Shown in pieces: positions 20,964 through 30,894 of a stretch of 64,000 nucleotides of DNA. Location of the stretch: NCBI GenBank assembly GCA_965217035.1, contig OZ244226.1, positions 1,346,146 through 1,410,145 of the forward strand. The letters run 5' to 3'. The DNA is from Bacteriovoracaceae bacterium (lineage in GTDB: Bacteria; Bdellovibrionota; Bacteriovoracia; Bacteriovoracales; Bacteriovoracaceae). Position numbers and translations under genes: made by a program. The notes beneath the pieces are model-generated. The model was not told where the DNA came from. It did no database searches and saw only the letters and a list, made by a program, of their open reading frames with translations. Positions within the stretch are counted from its first letter, which is position 1; the number at the start of each line of letters is the position of its first letter.

Positions 20964-21191
20964 CTAACCGTCAATGGCTTCGTAATCACCGTTAGCATCG
21001 AGCTTATAGAGCTTTCCATCCTTTCCCCTATATCTCGCAGAACATTCAACAATGCTTTGGCCGTTACAATTACAATCTGTGAGCTCTGAAACAATCTCAA
21101 TTTCACCAGCGACTGTCGGATTGTTACTCTGAGTGATCCCGTGCTGCCCACCCATGGCACACATTCCTGCTAAAATTAATCCTTTAATCAT
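20964..21191 (-). CDS. Small Cys-containing protein, last gene of the Tad/RHS operon
   Basis: AAGGAG RBS 14 bp after the RHS stop; DCNC...C; short hydrophobic N-terminus. Confidence 0.75.
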   Translation of the reverse strand: MIKGLILAGMCAMGGQHGITQSNNPTVAGEIEIVSELTDCNCNGQSIVECSARYRGKDGKLYKLDANGDYEAIDG

Positions 21192-21205
21192 GGTTCACTC
21201 CTTAT

Positions 21206-22888
21206 TTATAGACTTAGGTTAACCCCTGCTGGTCTTACTATTGCCAGTAGGTTTTGGAAGGCATCTGAAACCTGACTCGCGATCTCACGATTCCCTTGAG
21301 AATCAATCTTTTTAACCTGTCCATAATTATCGTACTTTAAGAGGATCTTCCCCTTACCTTGCATTTCTATTTCTCTTGGTTTTCCTTGAGCATTGTATTT
21401 AAAGGCAAGAATATTTTTCTTCTTTTTAAACTGATCAACCATTTTAGAGATTCTTCCGCCAACATCATAAACCAGAAGTACTGCTCTTCCTGATTTATCA
21501 ACGGCTTTCTTTAACTCACCTTTTTTATTGTAATCATAAGTTGTCCAGCCTTTATTATTTTTGATCTTGGAAACCTTCTTAAACTTTTTGTTATACTCAA
21601 GCTCTACAAAAGTTCCATCATTTGATTTTTTAGAAACCATGAAACCATTGTCGTATTTAAAATCCGTTACTTTCTTACCTTGAGTGATCTTCACAGGTTG
21701 TTCGTTTTGGTTGTTAATCGTTTCTCTTAAGATTCCTCCCGAAAGCTTCTTTTTCTTATAGTCTGCTCCCGTAAGAAAACTCGTTCTATAAAGCCATTGA
21801 GATCCGTCTTTACGAAGCTTATGCTCATACTCATACTTATTAGCATATGGTTCTCCACTGACTCCTGTCTTCGCTACAATTGTCCAATAATGTAAATCAG
21901 AGTTTTTCTTATTTGACTCATAAATATATTTGGAAACTTCACCATTTCTTTTCTTAACTTGTGAAGCAAAAAATGTTTTCGGTGCGTATTTAACTTCAAT
22001 ACTCGCAAAAGCTTTGTTTTTAATTTTATCATCAGTGATTTTTGTAAGGTTATGATAAGCATCGTATTTGTATGTATAACTTAAACCATTAATATCAACT
22101 GAATTAATAAGGTCTTTACCTGAATATTTAAAAATTGCTTTTTTAGAACCTTTTGTTTTAAGAGTTTTAATTTTTCTATTTGAGTTCCAAGAAACAAAAA
22201 TTTGATTTCCTGCTGTATCTTCAATTTTTTCTACAAGCTTAGTTTTTTTATTTCTCTTTAAAGAGATTTTATAACCATTTTTTTCTTTACTCGCGATTAA
22301 AAGTCCATCTTTATTAAATAATTGAGTTAAACCATTTTCATACTCTCTAAGATAACCTTTTTTAATAACCTTTAGAGTTTGATAACCATAATTATGCGAA
22401 GTCATAACGGTTCCATTATCAACAATAGCCTTAACTCCGTACGCTTTCGCCATTTTGTGCCTAAAAAAGTTATCGTTTTCCAGTTTTGACTTGAGTTCTT
22501 TTTCAGATGACTTTGTAAGTTTCGATTTCTTTTTAATAGAACTTAAAATCTTTGAAACAGCTTTAGAAACTTTTGGCTGAGCCGCTGAACCGCTCACAGT
22601 GAAACGTGTTTTGCCACCTGTCCCATTTTCATAAACAATAATTGAACCATCTAGTGAAGGCTCAAGTCTTACTTCGTATGGAGTTCCCCAACCATAACCA
22701 AACCAGCCTTCTTTCGTTGATTTTGAGTTATAGGTCCTCGTTATCCCTAGAGTAATTCCCTTACTTGTAGAAACAATATCATTATAGGAAATAAAATAAT
22801 TCCCGTTTTTTAAATTCACACCTGCAAAAGTAAACAAGGGTAAGCTGAATAGGATTAAAAAACTTAGTAACATACTCATCTTTTTCAT
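21206..22888 (-). CDS. Secreted RHS/YD-repeat protein (DUF6531-type N-terminus; Bd0109-like)
   Basis: Signal peptide, GVNLKNGNY, RTYNS...GWFGYGW, repeated YxYD units; no DPxG motif or C-terminal toxin domain. Confidence 0.85.
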   Translation of the reverse strand: MKKMSMLLSFLILFSLPLFTFAGVNLKNGNYFISYNDIVSTSKGITLGITRTYNSKSTKEGWFGYGWGTPYEVRLEPSLDGSIIVYENGTGGKTRFTVSGSAAQPKVSKAVSKILSSIKKKSKLTKSSEKELKSKLENDNFFRHKMAKAYGVKAIVDNGTVMTSHNYGYQTLKVIKKGYLREYENGLTQLFNKDGLLIASKEKNGYKISLKRNKKTKLVEKIEDTAGNQIFVSWNSNRKIKTLKTKGSKKAIFKYSGKDLINSVDINGLSYTYKYDAYHNLTKITDDKIKNKAFASIEVKYAPKTFFASQVKKRNGEVSKYIYESNKKNSDLHYWTIVAKTGVSGEPYANKYEYEHKLRKDGSQWLYRTSFLTGADYKKKKLSGGILRETINNQNEQPVKITQGKKVTDFKYDNGFMVSKKSNDGTFVELEYNKKFKKVSKIKNNKGWTTYDYNKKGELKKAVDKSGRAVLLVYDVGGRISKMVDQFKKKKNILAFKYNAQGKPREIEMQGKGKILLKYDNYGQVKKIDSQGNREIASQVSDAFQNLLAIVRPAGVNLSL

Positions 22889-22915
22889 TGGATAAACCTC
22901 TCCATTTAACGGATA

Positions 22916-23815
22916 TCACGCTTTTATTTTAATAATTTTAGACATAAAAAATCCACCCAGAAAAACTAGCCCCACTGATATAGATAACAATAGGATTCCT
23001 ATTCCGGTCGTAAACATTCCTTTCATCGTTTGAGGATCTGAAATCGTAAACATCGCTAGTAGAACAAACGGCATCGCACAAAGGATAGTCCCTTGAGTTT
23101 TTCCTTGAGCGACATATGATTGTATTTTTTGCTGCAAACGAACTCTTTCTCGAATAACATCAGCAATTGTATCAAAGGTTTCAGGCAAGTTCCCGCCTGT
23201 TTCCCTCAAGATATTTACACTAGAAACAAACATTTGAACATCATCAAGATCAAGTCTGTCATTCATATTATTAAGAGATTCGTCTAAAGAAACTCCCAAT
23301 CTATTCTGTTGAAGAACGAGATTAAACTCTTCTGCTATTGGATTAGGAAGTTCTTCAACCACCATTCCCATCGACTGTGGAAGAGAAAGACCAGCTCTCA
23401 ATCCACTAGAAACGAGGTTGAGACCATCCACCATTTGTGTTTGAAACTTTGTTTTTCTTCTCTGCACTAGAAAATTCATTATTGGTTTTGGAATTTGCCA
23501 ACCTAGGATCATAAAGGCGACAGCAAAAATTCCTCCAACCCAAAAATTCACCAGAAAACTAAAAGAAACAAAGAGAGAAGCACTTCCCCCAAGGCAGAAA
23601 ATTAATAATGTCCATGTCACTTTATTCGGATCAATCTTATAAAAAAGTAGTTCCGATTTACTAAGAATAAAATCCCTTGTTCCAAAAGTCTTATCCTCAA
23701 TCCATTGAAAAAGCTCTTCAGAATGCCTGAAAGTAAAAATGAAGAAAATAAGCCCTATCAGTCCTACGACACCTTTCTTTCCAAGAATAGTTGTAAAGAA
23801 AAAATCTAAGCCCAA
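22916..23815 (-). CDS. tadB: Tad pilus inner-membrane platform protein
   Basis: LRAGLSL, PIAEEF, RETGGNL..F..IADVIRER (T2SSF domain). Confidence 0.9.
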   Translation of the reverse strand: MGLDFFFTTILGKKGVVGLIGLIFFIFTFRHSEELFQWIEDKTFGTRDFILSKSELLFYKIDPNKVTWTLLIFCLGGSASLFVSFSFLVNFWVGGIFAVAFMILGWQIPKPIMNFLVQRRKTKFQTQMVDGLNLVSSGLRAGLSLPQSMGMVVEELPNPIAEEFNLVLQQNRLGVSLDESLNNMNDRLDLDDVQMFVSSVNILRETGGNLPETFDTIADVIRERVRLQQKIQSYVAQGKTQGTILCAMPFVLLAMFTISDPQTMKGMFTTGIGILLLSISVGLVFLGGFFMSKIIKIKA

Positions 23816-23817
23816 AC

Positions 23818-25950
23818 TTACTCCTTATTCCTAAACAATCCACGAGGAATTTTATAGCCTTTTCTCTCAAGTTCCTCGACAAATTTAGGAATAAAACCTG
23901 TTGCCTGGAATTTTCCACGCACTTTCCCACGCTTATCAATTCCATCTTGCTTAAATACAAAAATATCTTGAAGCGTGATGACATCTCCTTGGAGTCCTCC
24001 GACTTCAGTAATATTCATAACCTTACGAGATCCATCTTCAAGTCGTGTTTGCTGAACAACTAAATGAACAGCTGAAGCAATCATCTCTTTAATAGCTTTT
24101 GGCTGAAGCCCTGCTTCTGCATATTGAACGAGTGTTTCTAGTCGACTCATACAATCACGAGGTGAATTTGAGTGAACTGTCGTCATAGATCCTTCATGAC
24201 CAGTATTCATCGCTTGAAGCATATCAAGAGCTTCTCCCCCTCTACACTCTCCAACAACAATTCTATCTGGCTTCATTCTCAATGTTTGTTTAACAAGAAG
24301 GCGGATACTGATTTCCCCATCGCCTTCTAGATTCGGAGGTCTTGTCTCAAGACGAACAACATGCTCTTGAGGAAGATCAAGTTCTGCTGAATCTTCGACA
24401 GTAATAATTCTCTCATTAGAAGGAATAAAACTTCCTAAAATATTAATCAAAGTTGTCTTACCGGAACCAGTACCACCACTTACGATAACATTTTTATGTG
24501 ATTCAACAGCAATCCTCAAAAAGTCAGCCATCTCCTGAGTCATTGAGCCAAAGCTATCAACTAAGTCCTTATAAGTTAATCTTTGATCTGGAAACTTTCG
24601 AATGGTAATCGTACAGCCATCAATTGCTGCTGGTGGAATAATAGCGTGAACCCTTGATCCATCTCTTAAACGAGCATCAACATAAGGTGTTTTTTCATCA
24701 ATCCGACGACCAATCGGATAAACAATTTTTTCGATAACTCTTAGAACCTGTTTATCTGAAGAAAAAGTAATATCTGAAAGTTTATTTTTTCCAGATTGTT
24801 CATAATAAATTTTATCAGGACCAACAACCATAATCTCTGAAATACTTTTATCTGATAAAAGATCTTCAAGAGGGCCGAGTCCTAAAGCTTCATCCAAAAT
24901 CTCTTTCGTGATTTGATTCATGGACTCTCTTCCATCAACAATTCCGCGAGTATCTTCTTTATTTAAAAGCTCTACGACCTTCTTTTTTGTTTTTTCTTTA
25001 AGAACGACAAGTGTTTGAGGATCATCATCATAACTTTTATTTTTAAGATCCATATCCTCAACAAGAGATCTCAATATTCTTAATTTTAATTCACTCCACT
25101 TATTACGAACTGACGGGCTTGTCTTTGAACCCGCTTTAACTGGTCCTGTAGATTGAACTGTTTTTGCACTAACCTGAATTTGTCCTTTGTTTAATCTTGC
25201 CAAAGATTTAAGGACGTTTTTATTTTTTATTTTTCGAACAAGGCTTAAAACCCCACTAGAAAAAGCTGCAGATTTATTTAATGTCACTAATGGAGTTGAT
25301 CGAGAAAGTGACTGAGCACAATTTCCATCATCTTTAGGAATAACTCCAAAAACAGGCTTCCCTATTTGTTTGGAGACAACCTCTGGTGAAACGGGATGAC
25401 CTTTTTGAGCTTGATTAAAAACAAACTGGATCATATCTTTGGGAATCATCATAGATTGAAGTTCACTATAAAAACGCTTCGTTTGATTAACTCCAAGAAG
25501 GTCTGTTGAAACAACAACAAGAACAAGTGTTGAGAATTCTAAAGCTTTAGCCGACAAATCGTTAAGTTCTGAACCAGCATCAATAATAGTAAGAGGATAT
25601 AATTGAGTAATCGCTTTTAAGAATTTCCCTAATCCCTCTGAATTAACCTGGCTTGCTTCAATTGGATCTTTTGGCATAGAAATATGGTGAACTCCAGCCT
25701 TATGTTGAGCAATATAACCACTGACCGTCCGCGGATCAATTGCACCAGAAAACTCAGAAAGATCTTTTAACGTCTTTTTAGATTTTAAACCGGTGATAAC
25801 CGATTGATCACCACAAGACTTCGAATCAAAGTCCAGGAGTAAAGTCTTTTGGCGATTCTCCATTGAAAAGCCAAAAGCGAGATTGGCCGTAAGCAAAGAC
25901 TTTCCAACTCCTCCTTTTGCACCAATAACTGTAATAATGTGACCTGCCAC
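23818..25950 (-). CDS. tadA: Fused CpaE/TadZ (ParA/MinD-like) + TadA/CpaF assembly ATPase
   Basis: N-terminal GAKGGVGKS deviant Walker A; C-terminal GLGPLE, VDARL.DGSRV, SGGTGSGKTT, LRMKPDRIVVGECRG, AMNTGHEGS. Confidence 0.92.
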   Translation of the reverse strand: MAGHIITVIGAKGGVGKSLLTANLAFGFSMENRQKTLLLDFDSKSCGDQSVITGLKSKKTLKDLSEFSGAIDPRTVSGYIAQHKAGVHHISMPKDPIEASQVNSEGLGKFLKAITQLYPLTIIDAGSELNDLSAKALEFSTLVLVVVSTDLLGVNQTKRFYSELQSMMIPKDMIQFVFNQAQKGHPVSPEVVSKQIGKPVFGVIPKDDGNCAQSLSRSTPLVTLNKSAAFSSGVLSLVRKIKNKNVLKSLARLNKGQIQVSAKTVQSTGPVKAGSKTSPSVRNKWSELKLRILRSLVEDMDLKNKSYDDDPQTLVVLKEKTKKKVVELLNKEDTRGIVDGRESMNQITKEILDEALGLGPLEDLLSDKSISEIMVVGPDKIYYEQSGKNKLSDITFSSDKQVLRVIEKIVYPIGRRIDEKTPYVDARLRDGSRVHAIIPPAAIDGCTITIRKFPDQRLTYKDLVDSFGSMTQEMADFLRIAVESHKNVIVSGGTGSGKTTLINILGSFIPSNERIITVEDSAELDLPQEHVVRLETRPPNLEGDGEISIRLLVKQTLRMKPDRIVVGECRGGEALDMLQAMNTGHEGSMTTVHSNSPRDCMSRLETLVQYAEAGLQPKAIKEMIASAVHLVVQQTRLEDGSRKVMNITEVGGLQGDVITLQDIFVFKQDGIDKRGKVRGKFQATGFIPKFVEELERKGYKIPRGLFRNKE

Positions 25951-27449
25951 TATCTTCTTCTCCTAAATTTTCTTCTCACTTCTGCTGTATCAGCCGATGC
26001 TGATTTAATAATTTCAGGAGTAACAAAAACAACATATTGATTTTTAGAAATATTATGAGACTTTGATCTTAAAAACCTAAAGAGTACGTTCGGTGCTTGA
26101 TCATTAGTAAGAGGTGCTGGATCATTTTTATCATAACCTGTAATATCTTGACTTTGAACGACTCCACCGACAACCGCTGATTGCCCAGACTTTACAGTAA
26201 GAATTGTTTTAACATTGTTTTCAGTCGTTATAGGAAGTCCATCGGCATTCGTTCCACTTGGAAGAGAAACAACAACATTTAATGGGTTTAATTCGATTAC
26301 ATCATCTTGTTTAATCTTTGGAACAACAGCCAAATCAAATTTAATTTTTTGATCTCTTGCAATGGTATTTTCACCTGAACCCGCATTAAAAGGAGTTGTT
26401 GTTGTTTTATTAATTGTTGCTTGAGTTTCCTCTTGGGCAACCACGACTCCTGATTGAAGAATCCTGCCATAACCTGCATTTTTTAATGATTGAATTCGAG
26501 GAAAAAGGTTCGAAATAACTGCACTAAAGGTATTACTAGTATTCGATGTGACATTACCATCACTTGTTCTTCCTATATTTACGCTAGCTCCTCCATCCGA
26601 CATCAAAGGAGACCATTTAAATCCAAAAATCTTGCTATAATCTTTTGAAAGTTCTACGAATTGTGCTGAAATTTTAACAAGTTTTTTAAGTGGATCTGGT
26701 TCAGCTGCTTTTTCTTGATTCACTGAAAGAAAAAATAAAATATCTGATTGTTGTTGAGCGCCAACAACTCGATCAGAACTTGCTGCTAATTTTTCAACTT
26801 TATCTGGAAGATAAGCAATTGTAATACTTTCAACAACTTTCTTTTCTCCTTCACTTCCAACGACACCCTCTACCCAAAAAGCATTATTCACAACTCGGAC
26901 TGAAACATTTTTAAAATTAAACCGAGCTAACTCTTCTGTCATTTTCTTGGCAATAATCTGTTGAGTTTGAGGATGCATTTCGACAAGTCTTAAAACTTCA
27001 GGATAATTAATCAGGACAGCTCCTACTTTTCCAATATCACTTGGAACAACAATATAACCTCCAACAAAAACCTTTCCTCCTTTAATTCCTATTTTTAGAC
27101 CTTCAACATCATTAAGAAGTTCTCTTAACTCTTGCACGACTTTCGATTGATCATTTGCTGTAACACTTACGATATAACGAATTTTCTCTTCTCCTGTTTG
27201 ATCCTTAAGAGTCAAAGAAGTATTTCCTTGTTTTTTTCCAATAAGAACAAGTTGCTTTCTTTTAAGATCAGGTTTAATCGTCATCAAAGAACGATCACCA
27301 ATATTAAGATCAGGATTAAAATCAAATCCAATTTCAAGAATCTTATCGATTCCAATCGCAACATTGACTTCTTTTGTTTCAACCTTCTTCTCTTGAGAGA
27401 ACGAGAAAAAAGGAAAAATAAGAATAAGTAAAACTAACAAGGCTTTCAT
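25950..27449 (-). CDS. cpaC: RcpA/CpaC secretin with BON-like domains
   Basis: Signal peptide, pilus-N domain (GKKQGNTSL), QFVELS, KSGQSAVVGG, FLRSK...VVFVTPEII. Confidence 0.85.
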   Translation of the reverse strand: MKALLVLLILIFPFFSFSQEKKVETKEVNVAIGIDKILEIGFDFNPDLNIGDRSLMTIKPDLKRKQLVLIGKKQGNTSLTLKDQTGEEKIRYIVSVTANDQSKVVQELRELLNDVEGLKIGIKGGKVFVGGYIVVPSDIGKVGAVLINYPEVLRLVEMHPQTQQIIAKKMTEELARFNFKNVSVRVVNNAFWVEGVVGSEGEKKVVESITIAYLPDKVEKLAASSDRVVGAQQQSDILFFLSVNQEKAAEPDPLKKLVKISAQFVELSKDYSKIFGFKWSPLMSDGGASVNIGRTSDGNVTSNTSNTFSAVISNLFPRIQSLKNAGYGRILQSGVVVAQEETQATINKTTTTPFNAGSGENTIARDQKIKFDLAVVPKIKQDDVIELNPLNVVVSLPSGTNADGLPITTENNVKTILTVKSGQSAVVGGVVQSQDITGYDKNDPAPLTNDQAPNVLFRFLRSKSHNISKNQYVVFVTPEIIKSASADTAEVRRKFRRRR

Positions 27450-28276
27450 TTACGACGACCACCTCTTCTTCTTATGGCTTCAAAAGCTTTATCTTTATAG
27501 TACTTTCTTGCTTCATACTGATCCTCTCCAAGAACATCAAAAAGATGTGTTGATGGAAGTCTCTCAACTGTTTTGTCGTCATTATTTCTTAAACTTAAAT
27601 GTATTTTAGAACCAGCATTTACAATATAAATCATCTTTTGGACTTCAGCCGGTGAAAGTTCAACTGTCACGGTATTGTAATCAGTATGACGGTTTAGATT
27701 CAATCTTCTTAACTCTTCATTTCGTTCAACATAAGCGAGGGGGAGTTCATTAGTAACTTTTAAACCCGTTGAAAGAACAAGAATATCTTGAAGGACAGTT
27801 TTTACTTTGAGTTTATCAAGCTGTCCTGGTGCGTAGTTGATAACCGAGAGAATATCAATTCGATCACCAGGTTTAATAAGTTTTCCAACGGCTTGAGAAT
27901 CACTCACATTGATAGCATAAGCACGTTTTCCAACACTCACCTGATTGGCAAGACCCGTACGAGATCCTGGTTGAGTAACTCGAGGTTTTGTTATTTGTTC
28001 ACCTTTTTTAATCGGTGTCGCTGCTATTGTATTATAAACTTCTTCAACTCTTTTAATATGACCTGGTTGAATAAATTTTTTAGGAACCGTGATAACTTGA
28101 ACTTTCGTATCATCAATTAATTCAAGTTCTCGAATATTTTCTTTGGCCACAACAACAGGTTGTGAGTTCCCATATTTTTTAATTAAGGCAGACTCCTCTG
28201 AATCGATATAAGACCAAGCCATAAACATAGCAATACCCGCAATCAAAACAGAGAGTGAAAAAGCTCGTGAATTCAT
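27446..28276 (-). CDS. cpaB: Flp pilus assembly protein CpaB/RcpC
   Basis: VVVAKENI SAF domain, GKRAYAI, IKPGDRIDIL, VLQDILVL, TVTVEL, LSLRN. Confidence 0.92.
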   Translation of the reverse strand: MNSRAFSLSVLIAGIAMFMAWSYIDSEESALIKKYGNSQPVVVAKENIRELELIDDTKVQVITVPKKFIQPGHIKRVEEVYNTIAATPIKKGEQITKPRVTQPGSRTGLANQVSVGKRAYAINVSDSQAVGKLIKPGDRIDILSVINYAPGQLDKLKVKTVLQDILVLSTGLKVTNELPLAYVERNEELRRLNLNRHTDYNTVTVELSPAEVQKMIYIVNAGSKIHLSLRNNDDKTVERLPSTHLFDVLGEDQYEARKYYKDKAFEAIRRRGGRRK

Positions 28277-28335
28277 ACATTTCTCCCATATTAATTGTAC
28301 GAAATGTCACTGGTAATAGGGATTTAGGGAAAGAA

Positions 28336-28842
28336 TTACTCCCTAATCGTGCAGCTATGATAGGAACTGACTAAATCAGTCGCTCCCGGACGAGGAGCTC
28401 GAATTGGAATACCATCAGTTCCCTGAACAAAAGTCGCTCCACAAGCACCATAGACCGTTCCAACCCTGACATATTCAGTCGAGTTTTCATCATAATCCTT
28501 ACAAGACTCCTCATCTCCTTCAAAAGGAAGTCTGAATTTATAACAAGGCTGAACAGGAAAGGCGCCGTCTGAAGTCTCTCGCCATCCAATAAAAAACATT
28601 CCAAAACTTTGCCAATCTCTCTGATTAGAAAGGTCATTACGCATGGGAAACATAGAATTATTAGCGACACGTGCGTAAAAATAAGAACGCGCAACTTTCT
28701 GTTGATTAATGGCTCCGTTAATAGAATTACCAATACTCACTAAAAGACCCATTAATAAAACCATCAAGGGCAAAAAGAAAATAAACTCAAAAAAGGCAAC
28801 ACCTTTTTCTTTTTTTAATATTTTTTTAGCAACCATTATCAT
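28336..28842 (-). CDS. TadE-like pseudopilin
   Basis: Class III signal KG|VAFFEF followed by a hydrophobic helix. Confidence 0.75.
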   Translation of the reverse strand: MIMVAKKILKKEKGVAFFEFIFFLPLMVLLMGLLVSIGNSINGAINQQKVARSYFYARVANNSMFPMRNDLSNQRDWQSFGMFFIGWRETSDGAFPVQPCYKFRLPFEGDEESCKDYDENSTEYVRVGTVYGACGATFVQGTDGIPIRAPRPGATDLVSSYHSCTIRE

Positions 28843-29365
28843 AAACAGTTACCTCATCTTCGACACTGAAATCAAAATCACCACCCTGGCAGCTAAAACC
28901 TTGAAGGCGTTCAAGAATTCGACAAGCACATTCCGCTCGAGAAGGTTCTTTACCTAAAAACGATTCCGATAAAAACTCTAAGTCCTCTCCATCATCATTT
29001 TTTTTAACAAAGGGAGGAGAAAAACTAAAATAAGTACCTACATATTCATAAATGAAGCCATTATCGGGGTTATTAAACTGCAAACCTTTTGAGGACTTAA
29101 TACCAAAGCTTTTCAAGCTATAGTTTTCAAACTCTTTATTCGCATAATCTCTTGCTTCACTCAAACTTGTCCCAGGACTCCGAGAAACAATATCATGGCT
29201 TAAATAGGCTCTAGAGGCTGAAAAAGTCGCATAATGAGCAATATAGCCAATTGTATAATTAAAAGCATAATGAAGAAAAAACACGAGAAAGATCACTGTA
29301 AAGCTGAATGCAAAAATAAACTCAATCGTTACTTGCCCTTCATGATTTTTAATTAAATTCTTCAT
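28826..29365 (-). CDS. TadE-like pseudopilin
   Basis: EG|QVTIEF plus helix; YATFSASRA. Confidence 0.78.
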   Translation of the reverse strand: MKNLIKNHEGQVTIEFIFAFSFTVIFLVFFLHYAFNYTIGYIAHYATFSASRAYLSHDIVSRSPGTSLSEARDYANKEFENYSLKSFGIKSSKGLQFNNPDNGFIYEYVGTYFSFSPPFVKKNDDGEDLEFLSESFLGKEPSRAECACRILERLQGFSCQGGDFDFSVEDEVTVYDNGC

Positions 29366-29368
29366 AAA

Positions 29369-29662
29369 CTATTCTGGGTAACCCTGGTTAGGTGCAAAGA
29401 ACCGAGACTGACCTGTTTCTTCATTAAAATAAGAATCATGCGTCGGTGATGTGTATGTAGGCACTTTTGGAACTTTTTTGTTTCCAGGGAGAGCATGCCG
29501 ATAGGAATAGCGCATTCGCTTATAAAACCCTTGCATAAGTTCGCCATCATAATCAACAATATCTCGAAAAAGGTCAGAACGAACAATGCCAAAAATAACG
29601 CTCACTAAAACTAGCGTAAGTAAAAGATACTCGATGAATGTTTGTCCTGATTCTTTATTCAT
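29369..29662 (-). CDS. Flp-like pilin
   Basis: SG|QTFIEY (E+5, Y+6). Start placed at ATG 29662, overlapping the upstream stop. Confidence 0.75.
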   Translation of the reverse strand: MNKESGQTFIEYLLLTLVLVSVIFGIVRSDLFRDIVDYDGELMQGFYKRMRYSYRHALPGNKKVPKVPTYTSPTHDSYFNEETGQSRFFAPNQGYPE

Positions 29663-29861
29663 TATGCCTATTCTTATAGCCACCAAAAAAACAATCTTGA
29701 TCACAGGACCCTGTCGACAAATTTAATGCCAAAATATGAGCCAAATTTCCGAATTTTCCCTGTGTTTCATCTGAAGCAACACTAATTAATTGCCCTAAAA
29801 GAAGGGTCACAATTGCCACTAGCAAAAGGTATTCCAAAAGTGCTTGTCCAGAATCTCTCAT
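29655..29861 (-). CDS. Flp-like pilin
   Basis: SG|QALLEY (E+5, Y+6); 68 aa; C-terminal Cys pair. Confidence 0.78.
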   Translation of the reverse strand: MRDSGQALLEYLLLVAIVTLLLGQLISVASDETQGKFGNLAHILALNLSTGSCDQDCFFGGYKNRHNE

Positions 29862-29997
29862 GTCTTCTTATATTGTAATACAGCTCTAAAGGGCCTGTCT
29901 GGGAGGTCGGAAATTTCCACTTTAGGCAAGTCTTTTTAATTATTACAAGTTTGATTTTTTTTCTTTGCGAATCCATTTTTAGGGTATAATAGATATT

Positions 29998-30190
29998 AGG
30001 TGTCCGGCGGACCAATGTGTGTTTCGCCCTACAAATACTCTTTCGGGAGCTGTCACTGGTTGCCGTGTGCATGCCCGACTATTATTATCTGTTATGAATA
30101 CTGATAGATAAATGGGAAGCCTAACGTAACTACTTATTGCGCCCACCTTCTTTGAAGGGGCGCGAAACTCAAGGCTCTGTCGGACCATCT
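29998..30190 (+). ncRNA. ssrS: 6S RNA
   Basis: ~193-nt GC-richer rod: 5' AGGTGTCCGGCGGA pairs with 3' TCTGTCGGACCATCT, and GTTTCGC with GCGAAAC. Internal GCATGCCCG...GGGAAGCCT, CACCTT..AAGGG and TCAAGG resemble conserved 6S segments. TATAAT at 29985-29990. Confidence 0.8.
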
Positions 30191-30247
30191 TTCTTAAATA
30201 ACCCCTCTATATTTGACATTAAACGTTCCAGACGATGAAATTAGTGT

Positions 30248-30784
30248 ATGGAAACAACTCGAGAAAATCTAACTAATCTCAACACGAAGTGGATTGAGAA
30301 TCTTGCATTAGAAGAAATCAACATGGATGAAACTGGAATTGTTAATTTTAACAATCATGTTGATCCAACACTAGAACTTGAAGAAGCTTCAATTGAATTA
30401 ATGGAAGAAATTCAAGAATTGTTCGAAGTTTATGTAACTAAGTTTAACCACTTAAGAAATGACTTCACTAATAATAAATCGATTAAGATGTTTAAGATCT
30501 CAAATACCGTTAACGATTTCATGCTTTTTAGAAACTCTTTAAAGCTTATTATTTCTCGAACAGCATCTGATGTTATTTCACTTGGATTTGTTAGCAACTC
30601 TTCTGGCTATTACCCAGCAAGGACGAGCACCAACCCAACATCTAGTGAAAATACTACCCATGAAATTCGCGCTAAAATGGGCCCTTTTAATGAAGTCCAA
30701 TGGACTTTTCAAGGGGAAGCTGTAAACGTGACGACTCTTGTGAAATACTATCTCACTGAATTTATTCGTCAGTCAGCACAATAA
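30248..30784 (+). CDS. Hypothetical cytoplasmic protein
   Basis: 178-aa ORF with normal composition; no recognised motif. Confidence 0.75.
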   Translation: METTRENLTNLNTKWIENLALEEINMDETGIVNFNNHVDPTLELEEASIELMEEIQELFEVYVTKFNHLRNDFTNNKSIKMFKISNTVNDFMLFRNSLKLIISRTASDVISLGFVSNSSGYYPARTSTNPTSSENTTHEIRAKMGPFNEVQWTFQGEAVNVTTLVKYYLTEFIRQSAQ

Positions 30785-30894
30785 TGTCTGAAATTTTTTC
30801 CAAAGTACCCGTACTGATCTGAAATAATTTCAAATATCCCCTACAGCTTCTCATAAGTGGATATAATATGGTGTTCATTTATTGAGGGGTTAAC

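Noticed and set aside
21206..22888. RHS polymorphic toxin with immunity gene
   Set aside because: No PxxxxDPxG cleavage motif or variable toxin tip; it has a Sec signal and sits in a Tad operon.
29782..30188. Minus-strand ORFs 29782..30072 and 29979..30188
   Set aside because: No RBS or protein-like features; they are antisense to the 6S RNA and its promoter region.
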